From: an uncultured Parcubacteria group bacterium
GTDB lineage: Bacteria; Patescibacteriota; Patescibacteriia; UBA9934; CAMTUG01
Direction of reading: 5' to 3'
Assembly (NCBI GenBank): GCA_947084965.1
Contig: CAMTUG010000002.1
Span: 15,434 to 79,433, forward strand
DNA: 64,000 nt
Every line of letters starts with the position of its first letter. Position 1 is the stretch's first letter. Shown here in pieces: positions 38,532-48,336 of this stretch. Both the position numbers and the translations under genes were made by a program. Below the pieces are notes generated by a model. That model was not told where the DNA came from. It ran no database searches and saw only the letters and a list, made by a program, of their open reading frames with translations.

Positions 38532-39743
38532 ATGACAAATCCGTTTGAGAATGCCTTGGCTCAGATCAACCGGGCCGCGTCGCTTACTGCGTTTGATCCG
38601 GACTTTTTAGAGTTGATGCGTCATCCACATCGTCAGGTAAATATTGCGATTCCGGTGCGCATGGACGATGGGACGATGAAGATTTTCGAAGGTTACCGCG
38701 TGCAGCACAACAACTGGCGCGGGCCATACAAAGGGGGGATTCGCTATCATCAGGACACCAATATCGATGAAGTGAAAGCGCTTGCACTCTGGATGGCGAT
38801 CAAGTGTGCGGTTGCAGGAATTCCGATGGGCGGCGGTAAAGGAGGCGTGACGGTTAATCCAAAGCTATTGTCGGTCGGTGAACTTGAACGACTCACACGC
38901 GGCTGGGCAAAGATGATGAAGAACGTGATCGGACCAGAAGTCGACGTGCCGGCACCAGACGTGAACACCACGCCGCGCGAGATGGACTGGATCGCTGACG
39001 AATTTGGTCACCCAGCTGTTGTGACAGGAAAGACAATTCCGGCCGGAGGATCTGAAGGGCGCGGCACAGCGACGGCACAAGGCGGATTTTACGTTCTGGA
39101 AGCACTACGCACGCGCCTGTATCTCGATCCAGAATCAAGCACGGTAGCGATTCAAGGATTTGGCAACGCCGGTCAACACTTTGCTTCCCTCTGTCACCGT
39201 CATGGCTACAAAGTGATCGCCGTCTCCGATTCTTCAGGCGCTATCTACAACGAAGCCGGTCTTGATGTTCCTGCTGTCATAGAACACAAGAACGCCACGG
39301 ACAAAGTGATCGACTTTGCCGGGGCGCGCAACATCACTAATGAAGAATTACTTGCCCTTGAATGCGGCGTCCTCGTTCCGGCCGCGCTCGAAAACGTGAT
39401 CACGGGAAATAACGCCGCCGGCGTGCGAGCTAAAGTGGTGCTCGAGCTCGCCAATGGTCCGACGACTCCGGAGGCGGACGACGTCTTGTTTGGTAAAGGG
39501 ATTACGGTTATTCCAGACGTGCTCGCCAATTCAGGTGGGGTGACGGTCAGTTACTTTGAGTGGGATCAGAATATGAAAGGGGAGAAGTGGACCGAAGCGC
39601 AGGTTTTTGAAAAGCTCAAATCGCAGATCGTCGATGCGACCGAAGCGGTCTGGACGAAAAAGGAAGCGCTCAAAACGGATATGCGCCGTGCTGCCTTTGT
39701 GGTAGCCTTAGAAAGGATTCACCAAGCAATGCCAAAGGTATGA
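38532..39743 (+). CDS. gdhA: Glu/Leu/Phe/Val dehydrogenase (glutamate dehydrogenase)
   Basis: RGPYKGGIRY, GGGKGG, VPAPD, QGFGNAG, ANGP, GGVTVSYFEW. Confidence 0.93.
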   Translation: MTNPFENALAQINRAASLTAFDPDFLELMRHPHRQVNIAIPVRMDDGTMKIFEGYRVQHNNWRGPYKGGIRYHQDTNIDEVKALALWMAIKCAVAGIPMGGGKGGVTVNPKLLSVGELERLTRGWAKMMKNVIGPEVDVPAPDVNTTPREMDWIADEFGHPAVVTGKTIPAGGSEGRGTATAQGGFYVLEALRTRLYLDPESSTVAIQGFGNAGQHFASLCHRHGYKVIAVSDSSGAIYNEAGLDVPAVIEHKNATDKVIDFAGARNITNEELLALECGVLVPAALENVITGNNAAGVRAKVVLELANGPTTPEADDVLFGKGITVIPDVLANSGGVTVSYFEWDQNMKGEKWTEAQVFEKLKSQIVDATEAVWTKKEALKTDMRRAAFVVALERIHQAMPKV

Positions 39744-40078
39744 TCGAGATCACCCCACAAGAATTGAAAGCAAAACTCGACGCAAAAGAAGCATTGACGT
39801 TGGTTGATCTTCGCGATCCGCACGCGTATCAGGAAAAGCACATTCCCGGCGCGCTGAACGTTTCGGTGGGGGCGGCATTTGCGGAAGAATTTAAAGCGGT
39901 TGTGCCAGATACAGATGCAGTGATTGTGCTCTACAATGAATTCAAAGAGGACACGTCAGACACAGCGTCCGCTGCGCTTCTTGAATCGCTTGGATACAAA
40001 AATGTTTCTGTCTTGCCCGACGGATTGATGGGCTGGATGAACGCGGGATTTCAAGTTGAGTTCGGTCGGGAATCGTAA
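39740..40078 (+). CDS. Rhodanese-like domain protein lacking active-site Cys
   Basis: LVDLR, HIPGA, L.DGLMGW; IVLYN instead of IVxYC. Confidence 0.8.
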   Translation: MIEITPQELKAKLDAKEALTLVDLRDPHAYQEKHIPGALNVSVGAAFAEEFKAVVPDTDAVIVLYNEFKEDTSDTASAALLESLGYKNVSVLPDGLMGWMNAGFQVEFGRES

Positions 40079-40183
40079 ACGCACGATTGTGAGCGGGGCC
40101 TTCGGGCCCCGTTTTCGTTTTTCACGTCAAAGATCTTCCCGTTGCGTTGAGAGGGGGTTGTGATAAGATTGACGAGTCAAAAT

Positions 40184-42514
40184 ATGGCCTACAATCACAA
40201 GCAATTAGAAAAAAAGTGGCAGGAAAAATGGGAGAAAGAAGAGCCGTGGAAGGCCGAAGATCAATCGACCAAGCCGAAGTTTTATTGTTTGGTAGAGTTT
40301 CCTTATCCCTCTGGAGCGGGGTTGCACGTTGGGCATCCGCGCAGTTACTCCGCACTGGATGCTGTGGTTCGCAAACGCCGGATGGAAGGGTTTAATGTGC
40401 TCTATCCGATCGGCTGGGACGCCTTTGGATTGCCGACGGAAAACTACGCCATCAAAACCGGCCGTAAGCCGCAAGAGATCACCAACGAAAATACCGACAC
40501 CTTCCGCCGTCAATTGAAAGCTCTCGGACTGAGTTTTGATTGGTCACGCGAGGTGAACACCACCGACCCCGCCTACTACAAATGGACGCAGTGGATGTTT
40601 CTTGAGTTTTTCAAAGCTGGTCTCGCCTACAAAGCGAAGACGATGATCAACTGGTGTCCGAAAGACAAAATCGGTTTGGCGAACGAAGAGGTGGTCCAGG
40701 GCTGTTGCGAGCGCTGCGGTACAACTGTCGAAAAGCGCGAGAAGGAACAGTGGATGATCGCCATTACCAAATACGCGGATCGGTTGATTGATGATTTGAA
40801 GACCGTAAATTACTTACCGAAGATCGCCAAGCAGCAAGAGGATTGGATCGGTCGCAGTGAAGGGGCAGAGATAAATTTCGAAATCCGAAATCCAAAATCC
40901 GAAACAAATCCGAAAGAGGAAAGCGCAAAAAAACATTTTGTTAAAGTTTTCACTACCCGTCCAGACACGATCGACGGCGCCACCTTTGTGGTGATCTCGC
41001 CGGAGTTGGCGAAGACATGGATGGATATTGGCTGGCAGGCATCGGATGAAGTTCGTGCCTATGTGGATAGTGCGCTGAAACGTGAAGAGGCGGATCGCAC
41101 GGCCGAGGGGAAAGAAAAAACCGGCGTTGACGCCGGGATCAAAGCGATCAATCCGTTCAATCAAGAAGAGGTTGCTGTTTGGGTCGCGGACTATGTACTT
41201 GGTCACTATGGCACAGGGGCGATCATGGCCGTGCCGCAGCATGACGAACGCGATCGCGAATTTGCCGATGCGTTTGGATTACCGATCGTTGACCGCCCAT
41301 TGATTGCGTTTGATGAAGCGGTTGCCAAAGTCGGTGGGGTCAAAACAACAAAATATAAACTGCGTGATTGGGTTTTTTCACGTCAGCGGTACTGGGGCGA
41401 GCCGATCCCGCTCGTGCATTGTGAAGAGCATGGCTGGGTGGCGGTTCCAGAGTCGGAGTTGCCAGTCGTGTTACCTCCGGTTGAAAAGTATGAACCGACC
41501 GACAACGGGGAATCGCCGCTTGCCGAGATTGCGGAGTTTGTGAACACCCAGTGTCCAACATGTGGCGGTCCTGCCAAGCGCGAGACAGACACGATGCCAA
41601 ATTGGGCAGGGTCCTCCTGGTACTTCCTCCGCTACATCGATCCGCAGAATGATCAACAGTTTGCCTCAGCCGAAAAGTTGAAGCATTGGATGCCGATCGA
41701 TCTGTACAACGGCGGAATGGAACACACTACGCTGCACTTGCTGTACTCGCGTTTTTGGAACAAGTTCTTGTTTGATAAAGGTCTCGTGCCAACGTCTGAA
41801 CCGTACGCTCGTCGTCACTCGCACGGCTTGGTGATGGCTGAAGATGGAACGAAGATGTCGAAGTCAAAAGGGAACGTGATTAATCCAGACGAAATCGTCG
41901 AGCAGTACGGCGCCGATGCACTGCGCACGTACATCATGTTCATGGGGCCGTTCGAAGAACCGGTGCCGTGGTCAACCAACGGGTTGATCGGCGTGCGTCG
42001 TTTTCTCGATAAGGTGATGACGATGAGCGAGAAGATTGGTGGGGGACCAAATGTCGAGCTCGCTCGGGTCATGGCAAAGACGATCAAAAAGATCGGTGAT
42101 GATATTGAAGCGATGAAGTTTAACACTGCGATCGCTCAGCTGATGATCTGTGTGAATGCGATGCAGGATGCCGGGGCGGTTTCATCAGAGCTTTTTGCTT
42201 CGTTCCTCAAAGTGTTGTTTCCATTCGCGCCGCACATCGCCAGCGAGCTTTGGGAAAAGACCGGCTACACCACCCTACTCGATACGGAATCCTGGCCGAC
42301 GTATGATCCGGCATTGATTGTCGATGATGTTGTTACGCTTGCGGTGCAAGTTGCCGGTAAATTGCGCGGGACGATTCAGGTCGCTCCGACCGCTGAACAA
42401 ACCGAAGTCGAACCACCCGCGCGGGCGGAAGAAAATGTTGCCAAGTGGCTTGAAGGTCAGGAAGTGAAAAAAGTAGTGTACGTTCCTGGCCGGATGATCA
42501 ACTTTGTGATTTGA
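40184..42514 (+). CDS. leuS: Leucyl-tRNA synthetase
   Basis: FPYPSG.GLHVGH, GWDAFGLP, SRQRYWGEP, KMSKS. Confidence 0.98.
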   Translation: MAYNHKQLEKKWQEKWEKEEPWKAEDQSTKPKFYCLVEFPYPSGAGLHVGHPRSYSALDAVVRKRRMEGFNVLYPIGWDAFGLPTENYAIKTGRKPQEITNENTDTFRRQLKALGLSFDWSREVNTTDPAYYKWTQWMFLEFFKAGLAYKAKTMINWCPKDKIGLANEEVVQGCCERCGTTVEKREKEQWMIAITKYADRLIDDLKTVNYLPKIAKQQEDWIGRSEGAEINFEIRNPKSETNPKEESAKKHFVKVFTTRPDTIDGATFVVISPELAKTWMDIGWQASDEVRAYVDSALKREEADRTAEGKEKTGVDAGIKAINPFNQEEVAVWVADYVLGHYGTGAIMAVPQHDERDREFADAFGLPIVDRPLIAFDEAVAKVGGVKTTKYKLRDWVFSRQRYWGEPIPLVHCEEHGWVAVPESELPVVLPPVEKYEPTDNGESPLAEIAEFVNTQCPTCGGPAKRETDTMPNWAGSSWYFLRYIDPQNDQQFASAEKLKHWMPIDLYNGGMEHTTLHLLYSRFWNKFLFDKGLVPTSEPYARRHSHGLVMAEDGTKMSKSKGNVINPDEIVEQYGADALRTYIMFMGPFEEPVPWSTNGLIGVRRFLDKVMTMSEKIGGGPNVELARVMAKTIKKIGDDIEAMKFNTAIAQLMICVNAMQDAGAVSSELFASFLKVLFPFAPHIASELWEKTGYTTLLDTESWPTYDPALIVDDVVTLAVQVAGKLRGTIQVAPTAEQTEVEPPARAEENVAKWLEGQEVKKVVYVPGRMINFVI

Positions 42515-42558
42515 TCGTTGAGGGTTATTTGGAATTTGAGATTCGGGATTTGGTGCTT

Positions 42559-43812
42559 ATGAAAGTTGTTGTTGTCGGAACGGGATACGTCGGCCTCGCC
42601 TGTGTCGGGTTCGTGACCATGGGTCACGAAGTTGTCGGGGTTGATGTTGATGCCGGCAAGATCGAACGATTGAATCACGGGGAGTTACCGATCCACGAAC
42701 CGGGGCTTGCCGAGCTTGTGATAGACGGAATGCGTGAGGGGAAACTTCGCTTTACGACGAATTTGCCGGAGGCGCTTACGGGCGCGGACGTTTGCTTTGT
42801 TTGTGTTGGGACGCCGTCGCTTCCTGATGGGAGCGTGGATTTGCAATACATCGAAGCAGCCGTCGCTTCTGTGCGAGCCGCGAAAGAACCACAGACGGTT
42901 GTTGTTATTAAGAGCACGGTGCCGGTTGGAACGTGCAATCGATTTGGTGTTGTTTCCAATCCGGAGTTTCTCGCGGAAGGACGCGCCGTACAAGACTTTT
43001 TACATCCTGATCGCGTGGTGATCGGCACGACCGATCCTCTGGCCAAAGAAGTCATGCTCGCGGTGTACGCTTCGCTCGACTGCCCAAAACTTGTGATGGC
43101 GCCAGCGTCGGCGGAACTGACCAAGTACGCGGCCAACGGATTTCTTGCCACCAAAATTTCATTCATCAACGAGATCAGTGCGATCGCGGAGAAAGTCGGA
43201 GCAGACATCCGCGATGTGGCGCAGGCGATCGGTGCCGATCCGCGTATTGGCCCGCACTTTTTGCGGGCTGGAATTGGCTACGGCGGATCCTGTTTTCCAA
43301 AAGATACAGAAGCACTGATGAAGATCGCGGATCTGAACGCTGTTGATTTTGCGATGTTGAAAGCGGCAAAAGTCGCCAACGACCGGGCCCGGGAACGGTT
43401 TGTCCAAAAGGTGATCGCTACAACGGGCGCGCAGGCTAAACTCGCGGTGTGGGGACTGGCTTTTAAAGCACAGACCGATGACGTGCGTAAGTCCGCGGCG
43501 ATTGATGTGATCGAATTGTTGCTTGCTCGCGGCGCCTCAATCACGGTCTATGATCCGATGGCGACCGAGAATGCCAAGAAGGTTCTCGGGGAACGTGTGC
43601 GCTATGCGTCCACCGCCCTCGAAGCAACGACCGAAGCGGATGCTCTCCTCGTTTTAACCGAATGGCCAGAGTTCAAAAACCTGATACCGGCTTCAGGAGC
43701 CGGTATCGGATTCCCGCATCATATTTTCGACGGTCGCAATCTGTTCGCAGATATGCACCTTGCAGAGAAGGGCTATGCCTACGTGGGTGTTGGTTTGGGC
43801 CAGACGGTTTAA
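42559..43812 (+). CDS. ugd: UDP-glucose 6-dehydrogenase
   Basis: GTGYVG, KSTVPVG, SNPEFL.EG, GYGGSCFPKD. Confidence 0.92.
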   Translation: MKVVVVGTGYVGLACVGFVTMGHEVVGVDVDAGKIERLNHGELPIHEPGLAELVIDGMREGKLRFTTNLPEALTGADVCFVCVGTPSLPDGSVDLQYIEAAVASVRAAKEPQTVVVIKSTVPVGTCNRFGVVSNPEFLAEGRAVQDFLHPDRVVIGTTDPLAKEVMLAVYASLDCPKLVMAPASAELTKYAANGFLATKISFINEISAIAEKVGADIRDVAQAIGADPRIGPHFLRAGIGYGGSCFPKDTEALMKIADLNAVDFAMLKAAKVANDRARERFVQKVIATTGAQAKLAVWGLAFKAQTDDVRKSAAIDVIELLLARGASITVYDPMATENAKKVLGERVRYASTALEATTEADALLVLTEWPEFKNLIPASGAGIGFPHHIFDGRNLFADMHLAEKGYAYVGVGLGQTV

Positions 43813-45166
43813 GAGCCCGTCGTGGCGACTCTTTTTTGTTTTATTGGCGTTCGTCTTTGGGGTTGGTGTGCATTCGTGGATTGACTCTCCTCTTCCGAGC
43901 GACGTGTTACTTATCGTAGCTGGGGGGTGTTTGCTGATCGCTGTCCTGCCGCTGCGCTACTCATGGATCGTATTTGTAAGTTTTGTCGCCTTCGCTTTTT
44001 TTCTCGGCCTGTGGAGATATACGGTCAGTTTTCCCGTCACCACAAACTCCATCGCTGATGTCATTGGAGCAGCCGTACGCGTGCAGGGAACGGTGGTCCA
44101 TGATCCGGAGCATCGCGAGGCTCGGCAGTCAATCATCCTTGACGATCTGTCTGTTAATGGGGAGAAGAAAGCAAACAAACTGATCGCCTTTCTCCCGCGG
44201 TATCCGGAATTACAGTATGGGGACGTCGTTTCGTTTCGTTGTGATCTCAAAGCGCCGCAACCGTATGATGGGTTTCGTTATGATCGTTATCTGCTCGCCA
44301 AAGGGGTCGTGGCGACCTGTTTTAGCTACGATGTACCGCTCGTGATTTCGCACAACGAGGGAGCGATTATTCGTCGTACGTTGTTTACGCTCCGTTCCGA
44401 GATGGAAGCCGCTTTGCATCGTGCACTTCCAGACACGCACGCGCGCCTCGCCGCCGGGTTGTTGCTTGGGGTGCAGGAACTTCCTGAATCAACCGAAGAG
44501 GCGTTTCGGGAAACAGGCACAGCACACATCATGGCTGCATCGGGATATAACGTCGGTGTGGTCCTTACGATCATGCTCGGTGGGGTTGCTTATGTTTTGG
44601 AACGCCGCCGGGCATTCTGGTTTTTATTGATCGGGTTGATCGTTTACGTTCTTCTCGCTGGAGCCGAAGCCGCAGTTGTCCGTGCGGGGATCATGGCGGG
44701 CGTCCTGCTACTTGCGCGTGAATCGGGTCGAGCAACAACGCCGCGCAATCTTCTCGTTTTGGCGGCAGTGATCATGCTCGCTGTCAATCCACGTTTGCTT
44801 CGTGATGATGTCGGGTTCCAACTCTCGATGCTCGCCACCGTTGGACTAGCGATCGCTGCACCAAAGATTTCTCAACGATTGGAGTTCGTACCTGAGGCGT
44901 TCGGTTTGCGTGAAGCGCTGAGCGCCACGCTCGCGGCAACACTGTTCACACTCCCCATCACCGTATGGAACTTCGGTGTGCCGTCCATCATCAGCCCGAT
45001 CGCCAACCTGCTCGTTCTTCCGTTCATTCCGTATGCCATGGCACTCTCGGCGATCGCTGGTCTTGCAGCCTGGATTGTCCCTTCCGTCGCTCCGTTCATC
45101 GGCGGTCTCGCCTGGGGATTTCTTGAGTTGATGTTACTGATCGTTGAAGCACTAGCCAGCGTATGA
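43775..45166 (+). CDS. comEC: ComEC/Rec2 competence protein, membrane part
   Basis: HIMAASGYN, RAGIM, GFQLS, ANLLV.P. Confidence 0.9.
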   Translation: MPTWVLVWARRFKSPSWRLFFVLLAFVFGVGVHSWIDSPLPSDVLLIVAGGCLLIAVLPLRYSWIVFVSFVAFAFFLGLWRYTVSFPVTTNSIADVIGAAVRVQGTVVHDPEHREARQSIILDDLSVNGEKKANKLIAFLPRYPELQYGDVVSFRCDLKAPQPYDGFRYDRYLLAKGVVATCFSYDVPLVISHNEGAIIRRTLFTLRSEMEAALHRALPDTHARLAAGLLLGVQELPESTEEAFRETGTAHIMAASGYNVGVVLTIMLGGVAYVLERRRAFWFLLIGLIVYVLLAGAEAAVVRAGIMAGVLLLARESGRATTPRNLLVLAAVIMLAVNPRLLRDDVGFQLSMLATVGLAIAAPKISQRLEFVPEAFGLREALSATLAATLFTLPITVWNFGVPSIISPIANLLVLPFIPYAMALSAIAGLAAWIVPSVAPFIGGLAWGFLELMLLIVEALASV

Positions 45167-46038
45167 AAAAGCGGACACAAAAACAGATCTCGCTTCTCGT
45201 CGCACTTGTCGCGATGGTACTGCTCGCCGTCGCTCAGTGGGTATATGCCGGCCATACGCTCGGTGATGATCGCCTGATCGTCTGGTTTTTTGATGTGGGC
45301 CAAGGCGATGCGATTTACATCGAATCCCCCACAGGGTACCAGATGCTCATTGACGGTGGTCCGGGCGACGCGGTCCTTTCCAAGCTCTCGAGCGTCGTGC
45401 CGTTTTGGGATCAGTCGATCGATGCTGTCCTGCTGACCCATCCCCATGCTGACCATCTCGATGGGCTTGTTGAAGTTGTTGATCAGTACACGGTGGACGC
45501 TGTGTATCTCACTCATGTTGACTATTACACGCCCGCTCTCCCCGAGTTCGAACGAAGAGTTTCTGACGACGAGCAGATCGTCGAAGTCACGCGGCCGATG
45601 ATGATTGATTTGGGTGGAGGCGCACGCATGGACATCATCTTTCCGATTCACTCCCTCGTCAATCAACGGATCGACGACGTGAACGACTCCTCGATCGTTG
45701 CGCTTCTGACGTATGGTGGCACAACGGTATTACTCACTGGTGATGCAACCGCGCTTGAGGAACCCCAAATTGCGGAATCGATTGATGGGGAAGTGGACGT
45801 GCTAAAAGTCGGACATCACGGCAGTCGGTACTCCTCGAGCTCGGCGTTTCTTAAAGATATCGACCCAGAAGTCGCAATCATTTCTTGTGGTCGGGATAAT
45901 AGCTACGGCCATCCGCATCAAGAAACGCTCGAACGTCTCCGAGCGATTGGCGCCACGATTTTACGCACAGATACGATGGGAGATATCCGGCTTACGAGCG
46001 ATGGTAATGAACCCGAGCTTGTATCTCTGCCGCTCTGA
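45163..46038 (+). CDS. ComEC-type MBL-fold nuclease domain (separate gene)
   Basis: DVGQGD, THPHADH, KVGHHGS, NSYGHPH. Confidence 0.9.
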   Translation: MKKRTQKQISLLVALVAMVLLAVAQWVYAGHTLGDDRLIVWFFDVGQGDAIYIESPTGYQMLIDGGPGDAVLSKLSSVVPFWDQSIDAVLLTHPHADHLDGLVEVVDQYTVDAVYLTHVDYYTPALPEFERRVSDDEQIVEVTRPMMIDLGGGARMDIIFPIHSLVNQRIDDVNDSSIVALLTYGGTTVLLTGDATALEEPQIAESIDGEVDVLKVGHHGSRYSSSSAFLKDIDPEVAIISCGRDNSYGHPHQETLERLRAIGATILRTDTMGDIRLTSDGNEPELVSLPL

Positions 46039-46096
46039 GCATCTTGACGAGCTTCGTACTCGGTGCTACGATTCGCACAATTAAACGTCAATTTTT

Positions 46097-46561
46097 ATGG
46101 GAGCAACGATCCAACGTACACTGATTCTCTTGAAGCCAGACGCCCTCCAGCGCGATCTGATCGGCGCGGTGGTCGGTCGATTTGAACGTAAAGGGTTGAA
46201 GATTATCGGGATGAAGATGATCCGTCTTGAAGACGCCGTTCTCGACACCCACTATGCCCACATCGCTGACAAGCCGTTCTACAAGGACGTCAAAGAATTC
46301 ATGATGTCGACCCCGGTCGTGGCCATGGTGCTCGAAGGCCAGGATGCGATCGCGGCTGTGCGCCTGATTCTCGGACCGACACGCGGATACGAAGCGGACG
46401 CCGGATCGATCCGCGGGGATTTCTCCATTGGGGTCGCCAGCAACTTGGTGCACGCTTCAGATTCCGCCGAAGCCGCGACTGCGGAGATCGATCGTTTCTT
46501 TAACGTCAATGAACTGTTTGAGTACGAAAAGATCACTGACAAGTTCTTTTACGAAGGTTAA
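46097..46561 (+). CDS. ndk: Nucleoside diphosphate kinase
   Basis: LKPDA, HY..KPFY, GSIRGDF, NLVHASDS. Confidence 0.97.
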   Translation: MGATIQRTLILLKPDALQRDLIGAVVGRFERKGLKIIGMKMIRLEDAVLDTHYAHIADKPFYKDVKEFMMSTPVVAMVLEGQDAIAAVRLILGPTRGYEADAGSIRGDFSIGVASNLVHASDSAEAATAEIDRFFNVNELFEYEKITDKFFYEG

Positions 46562-46833
46562 CGAATTTCTAATTTTCCACAGAGCGTTTGACAGATGTCA
46601 GACGCTCTGTTACGTTTACTCCAGATATGGCTATTAACTCGATGCAGATTACGAAGTGGCTCGGACTCAACCTCGATTGTGTCCGTTTTGTCGTACTTCC
46701 GTACGCACGGGCGATGGCCAGAGTGGGTTGATAAGGAGAACAAACATGTTCTGAAGATCAAACCGGCCATCGCTCAACGAGCAGTGGTCGGTTCCGTTTT
46801 CAGAACCGTCAACGCACCTAGGGAGACCACACG

Positions 46834-47196
46834 ATGCCTGCTACCGCCGCCGCGCTCGCTTCCGTCATGTTCGCTGCCGAAGCCTACGTCCAGGGTGCCG
46901 ATGTTCCGATGGACGAAGTCCATGTCCACATCTGCATCCTCGAAATCCTCGGCCTGCGGGACGGTCAGCAGGTGATCCTCTACACCGGCGATCGACACGA
47001 CGCCGAGCGTCTGCAGAACCGGTCTCGCCATGGTCTGTCGACCCCTCAATGCGTCATCGTGCGCGCCGTCACGGACCAGAACAAGGATCGAAGCGTCCAG
47101 GTTCATGTCACGATTGCTGAGCTGATCCGCACGCACGGGGCCGGCATGGTCCTCTACTCGCGCAGCGGCAGTCGCGCCCTGGTTTCGCTGAGCTAG
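46834..47196 (+). CDS. Hypothetical protein, GC3-rich solo gene
   Basis: 120-aa ORF with GGGAG SD; GC-rich hairpin 47225-47253. Confidence 0.55.
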   Translation: MPATAAALASVMFAAEAYVQGADVPMDEVHVHICILEILGLRDGQQVILYTGDRHDAERLQNRSRHGLSTPQCVIVRAVTDQNKDRSVQVHVTIAELIRTHGAGMVLYSRSGSRALVSLS

Positions 47197-47484
47197 AGCA
47201 TCTCGCTCGCTCACCCATCATCGCGCCGGCCCGGGAACACTCCCCGGGCCGGCCCAATCTCAACTTGCATCCAGGAATAAGATCTGTTAGCATCGTTTTG
47301 TCCTATGGAATCTCTCCCTGCCAATTCAGTCGGGTTCGCTCAGCGCTATTGGGTTATTTTTAGCCTCGTCCTTATTAGCTGAGGTCATTTTTGTTCATAA
47401 ACGCGGCCACGTGAACAGGAATGACCTCGCCTAAAAGCGAGGCGTTTGCTTTTTAAGCCCCATTCCGCTAATCTCACCCTTCTT

Positions 47485-48249
47485 ATGCCAGCAAATCAAC
47501 CACAACAGTACAAAACGATCGGCATTATCGGCGGCGTCGGACCGATAGCTACGGCGGATTTTTTCCAGAAACTCTTGCGTCATGTGCATGCGAGTAAGGA
47601 TCAGGAGTATCCGCGGGTGCTGATCGATTCTGATTCCCGCATCCCTGATCGTACGGCAGCAATTCTCGGCACCGGGGAGGATCCGACACAGCAGCTGATC
47701 GCTGTTGGTCACAACCTCGCTCGGGCCGGAGCGGAAGTGCTGTGCATCCCGTGTAATACTGCCCATGCCTTTTTCGATCGCGTTCAATCATTCCTGAATA
47801 CCCCGATCGTTAACATGGTGGAAGAGGTCGCCAACGCGATTCAAAAAAAATATCCTGGAGCGCGGCGTGTGGGGATTCTGGCAACGACCGGTACACGGGC
47901 GGCGAAGATTTATGACCAAGCGCTTGAATCTCGCGGACTGACCGCGGTGCATGTCTCGGAGGTCATTCAGGAGATGTATGTGATGGAAGCGATTTATGGA
48001 CGAGAGGGGATCAAAGCTGGTGGAATGTCCGTTCCAAAACAGCTGCTTGAGAAAGCGATTCGCGAACTGGAACGTGCTGGAGCGGATGTCGTGGTCCTGG
48101 CCTGTACAGAATTGCCGATCGTTCTTCAGGAAGCTTCGCTTCCGCTGATCGATAGTAATGCGGTCCTTGCTGACGCAGTGCTTGCTCGAGCGCGGTGTGG
48201 TTTAGAGCAGGAACAAGAGGCGTTCGGTCGCGTTCATTCCATAGCGTAA
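47485..48249 (+). CDS. Aspartate/glutamate racemase family protein
   Basis: IGIIGGVGP.AT, DQE, IPDRT, PCNTAH and ACTEL (both catalytic Cys). Confidence 0.92.
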   Translation: MPANQPQQYKTIGIIGGVGPIATADFFQKLLRHVHASKDQEYPRVLIDSDSRIPDRTAAILGTGEDPTQQLIAVGHNLARAGAEVLCIPCNTAHAFFDRVQSFLNTPIVNMVEEVANAIQKKYPGARRVGILATTGTRAAKIYDQALESRGLTAVHVSEVIQEMYVMEAIYGREGIKAGGMSVPKQLLEKAIRELERAGADVVVLACTELPIVLQEASLPLIDSNAVLADAVLARARCGLEQEQEAFGRVHSIA

Positions 48250-48336
48250 CCCGCACATCTCCCGAACGTTTCGGGGGATGAACGGGGTGCACTATGGCCC
48301 CACCGTCGACACACCCAACCCAGCGAGGAAACCGCC

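Noticed and set aside
43775-46038. Split comEC as a pseudogene
   Set aside because: Both parts are intact, overlap by ATGA, and the second has its own N-terminal anchor; split ComEC is a known arrangement
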